DNA of 64,000 bases from Takakia lepidozioides (GCA_030704615.1 CM060734.1:30256001-30320000); one strand, 5' to 3'. Numbered from the stretch's first letter, positions 51,122-64,000 are shown. Notes: a model not told the origin generated them from the letters alone. Numbers and translations: made by a program.

Positions 51122-52324
51122 GGACTTCTCCAACCCCTTTATATATACATAGTCTGTATATGGGGGTATTTAATAAACCCCCTTCTATTCACGCACGTGA
51201 TAGGTACATTAAACCTTGGTGCACCCCCCATGATTTCATATACATTGAAATGATAGTATTAAGCTATCACCACAAAAACAGGCCAAATAATATGGTGTTA
51301 TGTAGCATCCCCTACGTTCCCCCCCCTTTTGGCATTCCCCTATGTTCCCCTATGTTCCCCCGTGATCACCCGTACCTCCTTCGTTACCCCCGATCACCTT
51401 CGCTCTATTCGCACTACTCTGTCTATGCTCCACACGGTATCGTCGCAGGCTCTACACGGTACAATCCTGCGACGGAGGCGATGGACCAGACAGGCAAAAA
51501 CGGCGTAGGACACGACGATCAAAATGAAGAGCAAGCTCCTCCGAACAGTATGTACAATCTTTGCCCATTGAATTCAATATTCGTTGAAGTTCTTTTGGAT
51601 TTCAATTCTTGAATCTGTCACAACACATTAAATGATTAGAATATGTGAATAGGAGGAGGCCATGCATCAAGAGGGAGAGGTCAAGGGTCCAGAGGAGGTG
51701 GGAGAGTAGGAAAGGGGAAGAGAAAAATTTCAGATGAAAATGCGCAGCAAAATTCTGAAACCTCTGAAGGCGAACAAAGAAAGGCCAAAATCAGACAGCC
51801 CAATTGGGAACATGCAGAGATCATATCATTGATCAATGCGAAAAGAGACGAGTATTTTGCAAGTTGGGACATGGTGGACCCCCGCGACCAGTTTGAAATT
51901 GCAGTAGTCAAGTGGCGCAAGATTGCTGACAGTGTTATGAAAGATGGAAATTCCCCACACCCCCGCAATGGGCCGGCGTGTAAACTTTAAAGACAAGTGG
52001 GGATCGATATATGGAGACTTCGAAAGAATTCATGACTATATGCAGGGGACCGGCCACAATGAGATATACTGGGACTTGAGTACGGCTGAGAAAGTGGGCT
52101 TCAATCTACCCAGACATTATAGTCGCAACATGTATGAAATAATAGATGCGTTTATGGGGATCAGACCCATTTTCCAGCCACCACATGCTCGTGATCTCAT
52201 GCAAGAAGGGGACAATGTCTACGTCCCACTAGTATCCATGTACTAGACTCGGATACATCAGATCATGTGCAACAAGAAGTACTGCCTCCAAATCATGGTG
52301 AATAGACAGTCAATTACATGCCAC
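51122..52324 (+). mobile_element. PIF/Harbinger-like element, left part, interrupted by the Ty3 insertion at 52325
   Basis: TTA|GGACTTCTCCAAC resembles PIF/Tourist termini (G(A/G)GCATCTCCAAC with TTA/TAA TSD), followed by a Myb/SANT ORF. The other end is not in the window. Confidence 0.5.
51481..52300 (+). pseudogene. Myb/SANT-like trihelix DNA-binding protein (Harbinger ORF2 type), frameshifted
   Basis: RQPNWEHAEIISLINAKR..KWRKIADSV..RNGPACK/DKWGSIYGDFERIHDY..YWDLS..LPRHY; 7-bp insertion at 51985-51991. Confidence 0.75.
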
Positions 52325-53346
52325 TGTTAGAGGACTGTAGGGGACTTAGACACTTATACGGGATCTGTAGGGTACCCTTAATTTTTGCACAGACTGAGAC
52401 AAACAGGAACCTTAGGGGTGACAGCAGCGCACTGTAGAGGGGGGTTACATAGCCCACACAGCCGACACAGCAGTCACAGCCCACACAACAGCCAAACAGC
52501 CCGTCACAGTCGTCACAGCCCACACAGCCCACACACAGCCCGTCACAGTCGTCACAGCCCACACAGCCCGTCACAGTCGTCACAGCCCACACAGCCCACA
52601 CAGCCCGTCACAGTCGTCACAGCCCACACAGCCCACACAGCCAGTCACAGCCCGGCACAGCCACACAGCCAGTCACAGCCCGACACAGCCAAACACAGCC
52701 AGTCACCGCTTGACACAGCTGTCACGATAATAGGGAACGAAGAGTAGGACAGGGAACGACTGTGGGGAACAACACCAGTGAAGGGAACATGTTAGTTCAC
52801 ATACGACGGTTAGAGAGGGAAACGGTTAGAACCGCGGATAGGAGGATAAAGGGAAGAACGGGGAATGATGAGGGGATCATTATTCATTATTCGGGGAGGA
52901 CTTCGGAGTCAGGCGGGAGCGGAAGTCGGTGAGCACGATGAAGGAGGAAAGAGGATTAGTAGATGCTTGTTATATGCAAAGCTGTAGGGATATTGTAGAG
53001 GAGATAGAGACACAATGGCTTCGGCCTGATACCTGATAAATCATAATCTGATACTTATACGATACAATCACACTGTGTAGAGAGATCTGAGTGAAGCTGT
53101 GGATTGAATGGAGGAGTGAAGGAAACCGATAAATTGATGAAGCAAACTGATACTTAATTATCAATGGTAAGGTAGCTAAGATGAATGCGGAAAAGGAAAC
53201 AAATAGGAAACACCCCCATGATACACTAGCTGTAGGTCATGACTGATTGTTCTGCGCGGGCTGAGTACTTAGAGATTTCCAACTCTTCTATCTTGGAGTT
53301 TCCGCCTCGGATAGCGAAGGGATGGGTGAGTAAAAGCCGCGCGACA
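52325..53346 (+). repeat. 5' LTR (~1022 bp) containing a CACAGCC/GTCACA tandem array at ~52447-52725
   Basis: The start is supported by the PPT-LTR copy at 44199-44318; the end is CA followed by TT and the PBS. Confidence 0.8.
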
Positions 53347-53348
53347 TT

Positions 53349-53366
53349 TGGCGACCATACTGGGGA
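53349..53366 (+). other. Primer-binding site (TGGCGAC type, probably tRNA-Arg)
   Basis: TGGCGACCATACTGGGGA 2 nt after the LTR end; similar in form to Athila/Tat/Ogre PBSs. tRNA identity is an inference. Confidence 0.65.
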
Positions 53367-53957
53367 CCTGGGACATGAACAACCAGATGTGACAGGCATC
53401 TGGTGGGATCATGGTGGTTGGACCATTAAAGAGTTTGAAGTGAATCAAATTCCCTGTGGAACGAAGGAAGAAAGATTGTCCAAACAATTCTTTTTCAAAG
53501 GTTCTTGGAATTGCCAGACGGATGTAAAGAAAATATTCTTAAACGAGTGCATGATGCTGATCCAGAATGGGGTCTGGAGAAAGGAGTGATAAAGATTTAT
53601 CAGGTAGCCTGTAGAGGAAGAGCACGTTGGTTACCAACATTAGTTTATGTGATAGCGTTGCTATCCATTAAACGAGTAGAGTTTGAAGGCTGGGAAGAAA
53701 GAAAGGTGAATGTTTATACTCATATGCATGAAGAGCTTGTACTGGTAAAGAATTGGATTCCAAAGGATATTTTGTGGATCAAACTCACACCAAGAACAGC
53801 TTTTCAGACTTGTTTGCCATATGGTTATATGGTAACGGAGACTTCAAGTATAGCCAAGGGTGCATTGAAGCTTGAAAGAAATCCAGGCATATACGAGAGA
53901 TATTACAGAAGAGAGTTTTGGTTATTGCCACATTAAAAGAAATGAAAGACATGGGAC

Positions 53958-56900
53958 ATGAGTGATGAAAGAGAAGCTAGACGACAAAGATATTCATCAA
54001 AAAGAGAAAGCTATCTGAAAGCTAATTATCCATATCTTTGGGAGAGAGGAATAGACATAGGGGAATCATCTGGACCTCTCACACCATCAAGATCAAAAAG
54101 TGCATCACCTATACCGGAAGAACTAGAGTTGGATGCCACTCCTTCTGTTTCTTTGCAAGAAAGATTAAGGGAATTGGTACAGGAAGAAGATCAATCACGA
54201 GGTGAAAGATCTGAGGTACATCCTTGGATAAAAGACTTGACAGAAATCTTTGATAAGAGTTGGCATGGAACACCAAAAGCAGGAACTCCAGTTTCTGAAG
54301 CAGAAGATGAAGAAGGAGAAGAGATGTGGCAGAGCCAACGGAGAGTTCAGACTCTCCAACACCATTACAGTTGAGTTACATGAGTGAAGAAGAAACCCAA
54401 GGGCAGAACTTGGAGGATGAAAACAGAGAGAAGAAATTGGAAGAGGAAGAATATGAAGAAGTAGACCCAACAGCTGAGGTTGAGACTACAACCAGGACAT
54501 CCCAACCCGTTGGACCTGGATCAAGTGGAGCACTTAGATCACAGGCCAACGAAGGTGTCGGCTCAGGGGGATCAGGCGGGCTGCCTGGATCTGGCTCTGG
54601 GGGGACAGGGAGTGTGGGAAGTAGTGCAACTGAAGCTGGGAATACTGTGAATATCGTGGGGCCAGAAGCAGGGAGTGCTCAAGGGCCACCACTTGGTGGA
54701 AGATCCACCACAAAAACAACAGGTCCAGAAGGACCAGCACCAGCAAGGGTGCCAGCACCTGTCAGTGGGCAGAAGGTAGGGCCACAGATGGCGTTACAAC
54801 CAACACGGGCAAAACCACCCTTTCCAATATATTCAGGAAAAGGGGATCCCGATGTACACATTAGCCAATTTGAGCACATGTGTATAGTGAACAATGAGAA
54901 TGGCGATGATGCCAAGATGAGACTGTTTCCTTGTTCACTTATCAAGAAAGCAAGTGAATGGTATGCAAGATTCCCTGATAATCATTTCCTAACCTGGAAT
55001 GGCTTGAATACAGCATTTCGAAATAGGTTCAGGACAAGTAAAACTGAGGATGAAGTGTATGGAAGTTTACAACAGCTGAAGCAGAAGAAGCATGAAACTG
55101 TTGAAGAGTATATGGAGAAGATGGAATTGATGATGAAAAAGCTGGCTGCAGTACCAGCACCCGGTTTACAGAAGACTTGGTTTGTGAGTGGACTAAGACC
55201 AGAGTTGCAGAAGAAAGTGGATATGTTACCCCATAATACAGTGGAGGAGGCATTTGAAACTGCAAACAGAATTGAGCAATTGGGAATGCTCAGGAGAGAG
55301 AAAAAGAAGATGAGGACTCTGAAGATGAGTCAGATGAAGAAGAAGAGCAAGAACTAAAAAGAAAGAGTAAGAGAAAGAAAAGTTGAAGAGGGATAACTAT
55401 GAGAAAAGATTGGAAGAAATCTTGAAGAAGTATGCCACAGAGGCTGCAACACATTGGAGGAAGGGTGTATGGTGTGCAAAGTGCCAGAATGAAGGCCATA
55501 CCACTACAGAATGCCACATGAAGGAGAAACACTGTACTATCTGTAAAATGGATAACCATTCTACTGAGAATTGTTACTACAACAGAAGGACAGCTGCAAG
55601 AGAACCTAGGCAAGTGAGGGTGCATCAGGTGCAGCCCCAGCCAAGAAGAAGCAATGATCAGGACCACTATGGTAGGTCTGGTGGTTATAACAATGGCATG
55701 GAAGGGAGAGGTAATTCAAGAGGGAATTACCAAGGAAATTCCAGAGGCAACTATCAGGGTAATCCAAGGGGGAATTACCAGCCCGGGAATCAGGATTATA
55801 GAAATAATCCAAGACCAGACCAAGGGCGAGGACCCAATGGTGAAGAGCTATGTTACTATTGTAATCAGCCAGGACATCGCAAGGCAGCCTGTTCATTCTG
55901 GATAAGACACCAGAATGAGATGAGAGCTCCTGTGAATGAGGGCCCAGTGGTGGCAGCTCACATGGTTAGGCCATGTGTTGTACCAGAAGTAAGTACAATG
56001 ATAGTAACAAGAAGTAAAGCCAAACTAATACCTCCAGTAGAAGAGGAAGAAGATGAGACTGGAAGTGGCAATGATATGCCTGAAGATGAAGAGACTTGGA
56101 AAGATGAGAAGGAACTGCACAAGGAAGTGGCAGATACTATAAGGGAAATGCAAAAGAGTACGGATATTCCTGTGGCAGATTCCTCTGATTCGGATGGAGA
56201 AAAAGAGGGGAGTGAGGAAGAAAGGAAAAAAGAAGATGCAGACATGCAAAGTAATGAAGAGACTTTGGCTGAAGTAATATGTCAGACCAAAGCAGAAATT
56301 ACCATTGGACAGCTATTAGCTGTGGCACCTTATTGTAGGCACAGGCTGTATCAGGCAATCAATCGAATTGCCCAAGAGACAGGAAACACAGACCTGAACA
56401 GCAAGGTGACCAGTTATAATGTGAAGCCGGAAGGGCGAGAACCAGTCATGGACTTTGATGATTCTATGCCAGTAATCCAATTGAGAATTGGAAGCACAGA
56501 ACTAACTGATGTACTGATAGATGGTGGTTCTGGAGTAAATATCATGACAGACCAATTAAGGAAGAAGCTTGGTCTAAGTAACATGAAACCAGCCCCATTT
56601 ACAGTAACAATGGCAGATCAAAGAAGTGTACAGCCATTGGGATTAATAAGAGGAGTTAAGATACAGATACAGAAAATGATCTTTATGATCACAGTAACTG
56701 TATTAAAAATGGATGAAGTCATGGAGGCTTACTCCTTATTATTGGGACGTCCGTGGCTGAAACAGGCCAGGGTATTCCATGACTGGAATTCTCAGTTACT
56801 AACTGTGCATAATGGGATGCACGAGATACAAATTACCACAAAGAAATCTAGTAGATTACCTGCTACAAGAAGACCTCGAGGAGTCAGAGAGTATGACTGG

Positions 56901-57137
56901 AGGGGAGGACTGGATGAGGAGCAGGAAGCTACCCTATTTGCTGCACACCCAGAATGGGAGCAGGTTGCAGAGATGCGGCTGGAAAGCCTAAGTTGTTTGA
57001 GAGGTATCTGCTGTGGTGTAGTGACAGCAACACCAACTGAAGAAGAAACCAGCATTTACCCATCACATTTCTATGAAGAAAGAGAAGGAGAGAATAGAAA
57101 TCCTAGAAGAACCAGCCACTGTGAGCTTACAGGATGA
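53958..57137 (+). pseudogene. gag-protease region (ORFs 53958-54374, 54326-55357, 55383-57137; frameshifted)
   Basis: YSGKGDPDVHISQF..RLFPCSL..ASEWY..LKQKKHETVEEY..FVSGLRPEL (retrotransposon gag), three CCHC knuckles (CAKCQNEGHTTTEC, CTICKMDNHSTENC, CYYCNQPGHRKAAC) and protease LIDGGSGVN. Confidence 0.88.
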
Positions 57138-57169
57138 AGTGGTGACTGGTTGGACAATCACAGCTGATG

Positions 57170-60155
57170 AGCAGGTGAGAGAAGTAAATGTGGGAACTCA
57201 GGAGGAACCGAGGATGGTGAAAGTAGGAGCTGATTTGGAGCCGAATTCTTCGAAGAAGAAAAGCTTGTTCATCAAAATACAGAGATGTATTTGCTTGGAG
57301 CTATGAGGATCTAAAAGGGATACCACCTGAAGTCTGTCAGCATAAAATTGAACTGGAACCAGGGTCAGTACCAATCAAGCAGGCGAGGTATAGAATGAAT
57401 CCCAACTACGCACAGAAGGTTGGAGAAGAGATAAAGAAGTTGGCTGAGGCTAAGTTTATATACCCAATAGAGTATACAACTTGGTTGTCACCCATTGTTA
57501 TAGTTCCAAGAAGAATGGCAAACTAAGAGTATGTGTGAACTATAAGAAGCTGAATGCTTGTACGAAGAAAGATCCTTTCCCTTTGCCATTCACAGAAGCA
57601 GTATTAGACACTGTGGCAGGCCATGAGATGTACTCATTCATGGATGGCTTCAGTGGTTATAATCAAGTGCAAGTGGCAGAAGAAGACCAAGGGAAAACAG
57701 CTTTCATCACAGACTGGGGGGCTTATGCATACAAAGTCATGCCCTTTGGACTTTGTAATGCACCAGCGACCTTTCAGAGAGTGATAAGTGAATCTTTTCA
57801 AGAGTATCTGGATGATTTCATGCAGGTGTTTTTGGATGATTTCAGTGTGTACAGCTCTAAGAATGAGCACTTGCATAAATTGGAGTTATGCCTGGCCAGA
57901 TGCAGGATGAGAGGTCTGGGCTTGAATCCAGAGAAGTGTACTTTCTGTGTGAACTCAGGGGTGCTTCTGGGACACATTGTGTGTAAGAAGGGACTTCTTG
58001 TGGATCCCAGGAAGACAGAGTCCATTAAAGTCCTCTCCACCACCAGTGAATGTTAAGTTTAAGGAGATTCCTTGGGCAAACCAGTTATTACAGAAGATTT
58101 GTCAAAAGGTATGCACAAATAGCAGCACCATTGAGCAAGCTTCTGAAGAAAGATGCAGTGTTTGCATGGACAGCTGAATGTCAACAGGCGTTTGAGGAAC
58201 TTACACTGTCAGTAACAACTACACCTGTGCTGATTAACCCTCTCACTGGCATGTAGTTTTCATGTTCACTGCGATGCATCAGGAGAAGCGTTGGGAGCGG
58301 TGTTAGCCCAGAATGTTACAGGGAATATAGATTCACCTGTGTACTATGCTAGCCGGTTGATGAACAGTGCTGAGAGGAACTATAGCACAACGGAAAGAGA
58401 AGCATTGGCAATGATCTATGCAGTGAAGAAATTCAGGCATTACCTATTGGGAAGAAAGTTTATGTTTTATGTGGATCACCAGGCTCTGATATATCTGGTG
58501 AACAAACCTTTGATAAGTGGAAGGATAGCGAGGTGGTTAATAATCTTGCATGAGTTTGAGTTCGAGGTTATTTACAAGCCTGGCCGTTTGCATCTTGTGG
58601 CAGATCATTTGTCACGACTAACAACAGGAGAGGCCGCCACAGGAGTGGACGATCAGTTACCTGATGCGAGTTTATTTGTAATGGAGGTGCAAGGAAGTGC
58701 AGATGAATGGTTAGATTGGCAGTGGCCAATCAGATACTACCTTGCTCATGGTCAGTGCCCACCTAGTTATGGTAAGGAGCAGAGGAAGAGAATCGCTATC
58801 AAAGCTTTACCTTATACTATGGTAGGAAGCAGAATGTATAAGTTAGGACCTGATGGAGTACTAAAACGATGCTTGTACCACCATGAAGTAAATAAAGTCT
58901 TGGAGGAAGTTCATAAAGGAGTGGCTGGAGGTCATTTTGGAGAAGAGACTACCAGTAGAAAGATACTACTCGCAGGATACTGGTGGCCTACTTTGTTCAA
59001 AGATGTACATGAGTATTGTCAGAAGTGTGATGAATGTCAGAGGCTAGGACCTTTGCAGAGATCTGGAAGAATGGCCTTGCATCCTACAATGCCTACGGAA
59101 CCATTTCAGAAATGGGGACTAGACTTTGTTGGACCAATTAATCCACCATCCAAGAATACACAAAACAGGTACATAATTACAGCCACTGATTATACTACAA
59201 AGTGGGTGGAAGCTAAAGCTTTGAGGGACAACACAGCCAAGTCCACAGCAAGGTTCCTGTACGAGAACATACTTACACGATTTGGATGTCCCTTAGAATT
59301 TATCAGTGATCAAGGAAGTCACTTCATGAATGAGACCATTGAGTTATTGACTAAAGAGTTTATGATTGTGCATAGAAAGAGTACAACATATTACCCACAG
59401 GGTAATGGACAGGCAGAGGCTACCAACAAAATACTATGTACTATCTTGGCTAAGATAGTCAATGCAAACAGAACGGATTGGGATACAAAGCTGCTGACAG
59501 CTTTTGGTCATACAGGACTTCATATAAAGTCACCACAAAGTATACACCATTCCAATTAGTTTATGGTATGGAAGCCTTACTTCCAGTGGAATTCCTGTTA
59601 CCTACCATGAGAACGGAGTGGGGAAAAAGAATGGAATTGCAAGACTCCATCAAGGTCAGGAAACATGAATTATACCATGTGGAAGAAGTACGTGCTGATG
59701 CAGCTGATAATATGACCAGAATTCAGATGAAGAGAAAGGAACAGTTTGATGAAGGCAAGTTAAAGACTTTTAAGACGGGGGATTTGGTTCTATGGTTGCA
59801 GAAGAAAGGAAAGATTCAAGCTTCTAAGCTTAAATCACCATGGAAAGGACCTTATGTCATACAAAAGATGTATGATAACAACACAGCCATGTTACAAACC
59901 ATTAACAAAGAAATGCTGGGAAGAGTCAATGCAAATAAGTTGAAGGGGTACAGTGGTATCCATGACAAACCCCTGCAGCATGATTTGCATGTTGAACCGC
60001 AAGAGCAGTCACGGGCTGCACCAGTGTTACGAACGGAGTATGGAACACTTGTCGCTAGGCCCAGTATATATGACCGGGGTGGGCAAAACAAACGTGACAC
60101 AGCCTATCACAGCCCGCACGGCGTACACAGCCTATCACAGCCCATCACGGCGTGA
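57170..60155 (+). pseudogene. pol (RT, RNase H, integrase), several frameshifts
   Basis: LRVCVNYKKLN, MDGFSGYNQ, MPFGLCNAPATFQR, FLDDF, HCDAS, NYSTTEREALA, GGHF..CDEC, WGLDFVGP, SDQG, GQAEATNK, WKGPY. Confidence 0.93.
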
Positions 60156-60335
60156 CACAGCCTATCACAGCCCATCACGGCGTGACACAGCCTATCACAG
60201 CCCATCCGCTGACACAGCCTATCACACTCACACAGCCCATCACGGCGTGACACAGCCTTCACACCCAGCCGGCGTGACACAGCCTATCACAGCCCGTCAC
60301 GACGTGACACAGCCTATCACAGCTCAACACAGCCT
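60093..60335 (+). repeat. ~30-bp tandem array (GTGACACAGCCTATCACAGCCCATCACGGC) at the end of pol
   Basis: About 7-8 degenerate copies seen directly. Confidence 0.9.
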
Positions 60336-60855
60336 ACTAAAGTTACACGATCCATAGAATCAGTGACAAGTGGACACATAAAAACTTCAGGAAAATGGCT
60401 GAAGGAAGAAGAAACGGAAATTAATTTAAAAATAGACACGTGGAGGTCAGGGTGCGACACACAGCAGAGAATGAAGTGCAAGGACAGGTGTCAAAAAGAA
60501 AGAGGACAAGAACGGCCGTCAAAAGGGATGAAAGGCGGGCCCATTAATGAATACGGAAAAAGGGAAACAGAACGAACGGCAAGTACAGAAAAACTGAATT
60601 CATGTCGCATGTGTGATCCTAGTGGACTATCCAACAGGGAAAGTCCACTAAAGAAGATAAAAGTTAAAATCCAGTCACAGCGGATACAGCCAATAGAAAA
60701 CCAGAGAAATGATCAAGAAAATGGAGGGAAATTAAGCGCAAGAGGCGGCGTCGTTCTGAGTAACGGGCGTCTCGACAGGACAGGCCATAAATGCTATAAC
60801 TTGGAAACTATGGAGGAACTAACAGACTATACGCTCGCGCAATATTACTTACGCA

Positions 60856-63800
60856 ATGGCAGAGACACGAAACGAAAGAGCAGAGCTTTTCTCTTGAACA
60901 ATGCTTGCAAGCCCCGCAGGCTTACAAGAGATTACCCATAGCTTTCTGCGGCAACCATACGTTTCTGCTTTGTGCACTACAGGCATTCCTGCAGTTGTTA
61001 CAGCCAAAGCAGTTCTGTGAGTCTAAGATGAAGAGAGTGAGAGGAATGGAGGAAATCAGGGTGAAGAGCACCACAATTCTGCAGAAACAAACGATGGCTA
61101 CCCCACAGGCGATAAAGATACTGAAGGAGCTGAGATTGGAAGGATTGCAAAGCATGGATTGGACACTACACCATAGACAGTACATGTTACAATTTTTGCA
61201 GAACTTTGAGCCAAAGACAGGAACAACAACGGTGAAGGGAGTTGAATTAATGATTACTCCCCTATACCTCCAGCAATTGTTTCGATTGCCAGCAGGTCAT
61301 GTGTATGTGGAGGAACACAGGGAAAGACTGCAAATAGGGATTTATTCCAAGAAGGGAGTTTCTTTAAAACTCAGGGTTATGCTTGTACCAAAGCTGTGTA
61401 CCCAGGGTTAAAAGACATAGGCCAAGTATTGAACGTTCTGATTGCCCTGAAACAGAACCAACAATATTTGAGCAGATCCTTCACAGAGGAAATCCTCAAA
61501 GGCTTGAAGGGACAAGAGGTACAATGGGCGGACATAATGTACAACGCACTGGTAGAGGAGATGAAAAGATTACAAGGTACTACCGCAAAATCTCCTATCA
61601 TAGTGTCTGGCCCAATCATTGCTCAAATAATCCTTAGTTCTGGCATACTTAATGCACAAGAAAGGAAGGAAATGGGAGTGTTTGAGCCAGAAACAACTGC
61701 AATGGAAGAGCAAGGCTCTTCACACAGTGAGGGTGGACTAGCAGCACAACCCGAGACTAAGAGGCAGAGAAGGGGAAAGACTGTAGTGGCGGATCCACTG
61801 GCTTCACGGATTCCGCATGATAATGTTTCCCAAGCTCATGACCAGGAAGGGGCACAGCAGCACAAAAGAATGTTATTACTGGAAGCAGGACCTTCAGAGA
61901 GGGAGGAAGAAGTTACTTCTGCATCACAACCAACACAGCCACTTGAACGACTTGTCACAAGGTCACAAGTTATCCATGCAGCTCAACCCGAAATAATTGA
62001 TTTGGAAAGTGAAGGGATAGATATTCCAACTACAGAACAGATAGTGGCAGAAATAGAGAAAGGGGACCTTCTCTATGAATATTCTGGTCTGGTCAAGAGA
62101 CAGAAATCCCAGAGGTGCAACAGTTGCCCAAGGGAAATCCTGAGGTACATATAATGCACACACCTGTGTCGAGGTACCACAGGCGGAAGGCCATGACACT
62201 GTAGCACCGGTCATAAATGAAGTAGTTCAGGAAGAAAATCCGGTGGGACAATGGTCTGAATGGTTAGTGAGACATCATACTGTTGAAGATCGGGAGGAAC
62301 AGCAGCAACCTCACCATGATGACCCTCAACAGGCAATGCTGATGAGTTCCATAGGCAGGACACTTAATTTGTTGGGACTTATGTCAAAACCCATGTTCCA
62401 ATTACCCAATTGACAGCCTTGAAAGAAGAACTCAGGAAGGAGTTTGAGGCTCGACTTGCCACTGAGTGTGCAAACAAGGTCGATGAAGAGGTCACTCTCA
62501 AGATGAAGCAGGACTTGGCCAATACAGAAATGGCTTTGCAATTGGCCAAGCAACAATTGATTGAGGCAGGCCTCGCGCAAGACCAGTTGCACGAAGCACA
62601 TAAGCAACAGCTATACCAAATGCAGGTGCAGCATGAAAGCAAGTTGCAAGAACTGAATGCACTACATACGGAGTTGCAGACAGTGCATAACAGGATGGCG
62701 ATACAATGCGCTACATTTACAACTATGCTTGACCAATCAACAAAAGAAATAAACAGTCAAGCGGAAAAATGTACGAAGGCAGAAGAAGAGAATGTGGAGC
62801 ACATGAAGCTCATTGTCGATATGAAGAATACAATCTGTCGCAATGAAGATACTTTCAAGCAATACAGGCAGATGGAAGCTGAGAAGAGAAATACATCGTG
62901 GAGTTGCAACAAACCATCGTGGCCAATAGAAATGAAATCGCGGTCAGTAACAAGGCTTCGAAAGAAGCCAATAATCTACTTGCTGCCTATGCGCAATTGG
63001 TTGAGCCACAGGCGAAGCGCATGAAGGCTTTACAACAGCAGTTGGAATTGTATAAGCTAAGAGAGGAGCAAACTCTCAGGGGAACCACAAGCAGCTTGGT
63101 GGATAACAGCCTTATGCAGGTCTGGTTAGCACAAGGGCCAGTAGAGGGCAAAGCCCCACGGAAGCTCACCCAAAGCGAGATGAATGAGCTCAGACTGCAG
63201 GTGCAGAACATTGCCACAACTACTATAGACAATGTCTATAGTAGGATAGCAGAGTTACAAGAGGATGTAGACGGACTCCAGACTCAAGTGGAAGACCTCA
63301 CTTCAAACATCGACCAAAGAGTCTATATCCCTCAGGAACAGCTAATGGCTTCTTATTTGCAAGCCAGAACTCTGGCTTTTCAGTCTTCACAGGAGGTGCA
63401 GGAGATGCCAATGGTACAGGAACCAGTACCACCACCACCACAACAGGTCAGTGTACCAGTAGCTGAACCTGTGGTTACTACAACCACACCACAGCCACCA
63501 CAGCCGGAGGTATGGGGCAATGCAGCTTTTAACCCACCTAAAACTCCAGCTGCCAGGGAGTACAGTAGGGCTATGATTATGCCCTTCAACCAAATTCCCA
63601 TCATGTTGGATTTGGCTTGGAAAGAATTTAGTCCTCCGCAGTCATTCGCACATTACTACCAAATCATGCGTATTTGGCTGCCAGTGGCAACCAGGACTAA
63701 AGTTCTTCCAAACAATCGACATATTGAAGATCATCACTTTGCACAATACTGGCACGAGGCAGGTACCATGTTGAGGGAATTGGTTGCTTTCCAGGTTGTA

Positions 63801-64000
63801 CATGGACTCATTTATACCAAGACCAAGGAGATAGCAAGTATTGTCATGGGGTGCGGGCTATACTACGCTGCTTGTTTTCTGATACGTTACCACATTGAGC
63901 AACAAAAGATGCAAGCACGCTTTCAAAGTTACTCCAGTGGAGATCATTGGGTATTACCTTCGGTGCCACCTCATATGTACCTATATGACCCAAAAGTTAT
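60856..64000 (+). pseudogene. Extra sense-strand ORF downstream of pol: plant-transposon-protein-like N-terminus, then coiled coil and Pro-rich segment; fragmented by frameshifts
   Basis: ORFs 60905-61411, 61396-62154 and 62410-63024 are collinear. MLQFLQNF..TVKGVELMITP..LFRLP resembles the EFYAN..VRG..I..LGLP pattern of Athila-type extra ORFs; E/Q/K/L heptad-rich region at 62410-63300. Confidence 0.6.

Larger units (their letters stand above)
52325..64000 (+). mobile_element. Large non-chromovirus Ty3/gypsy LTR retrotransposon (Athila-like, no extra archaeal-type RNase H seen) with ORFs upstream of gag and downstream of pol; 3' end outside the window
   Basis: 5' LTR TGTTAG...GCGACA (52325-53346), PBS, gag, zinc knuckles, protease, RT, RNase H and integrase without chromodomain. 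Confidence 0.92.

Noticed and set aside
52447-52725. Repeat arrays here and at 60093-60335 and 49097-49290 as possible CRISPR arrays
   Set aside because: Eukaryotic context, no unique spacers, no cas genes; these are tandem repeats.
55707-55785. 24-bp repeats encoding RGNYQGNS
   Set aside because: Ordinary low-complexity nucleocapsid linker within gag.

Overview
Eukaryotic, intron-containing plant nuclear DNA; the PPR style and TE complement suggest a non-seed land plant (inference). The first 22.3 kb holds five host genes: a PLS-class PPR-DYW RNA-editing factor built from ~7 near-identical 303-bp repeats, a 7-exon plastid-type phosphoglycerate dehydrogenase, a QRT3-like polygalacturonase, a calmodulin-like EF-hand protein and a METTL21/23-type methyltransferase. 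The rest is a nested transposon block. It contains a TTAA-flanked piggyBac-like MITE, a degenerate C2H2-finger/Ulp1-protease gene, and a CACTA element whose inverted arms enclose a decayed transposase plus an uninterrupted SET-domain ORF. It also contains a young Ty3 chromovirus (TSD GTGTT, ~99% identical LTRs) whose RNase H is interrupted by a PPT/LTR fragment of a second retroelement family, a duplicated OSB-like pseudogene, and a PIF/Harbinger remnant. A large non-chromovirus Ty3 element with extra ORFs and CACAGCC arrays runs off the window end. Many frameshifts sit in homopolymers and may be assembly errors. All domain calls are by-eye motif recognition; no database searches were run.
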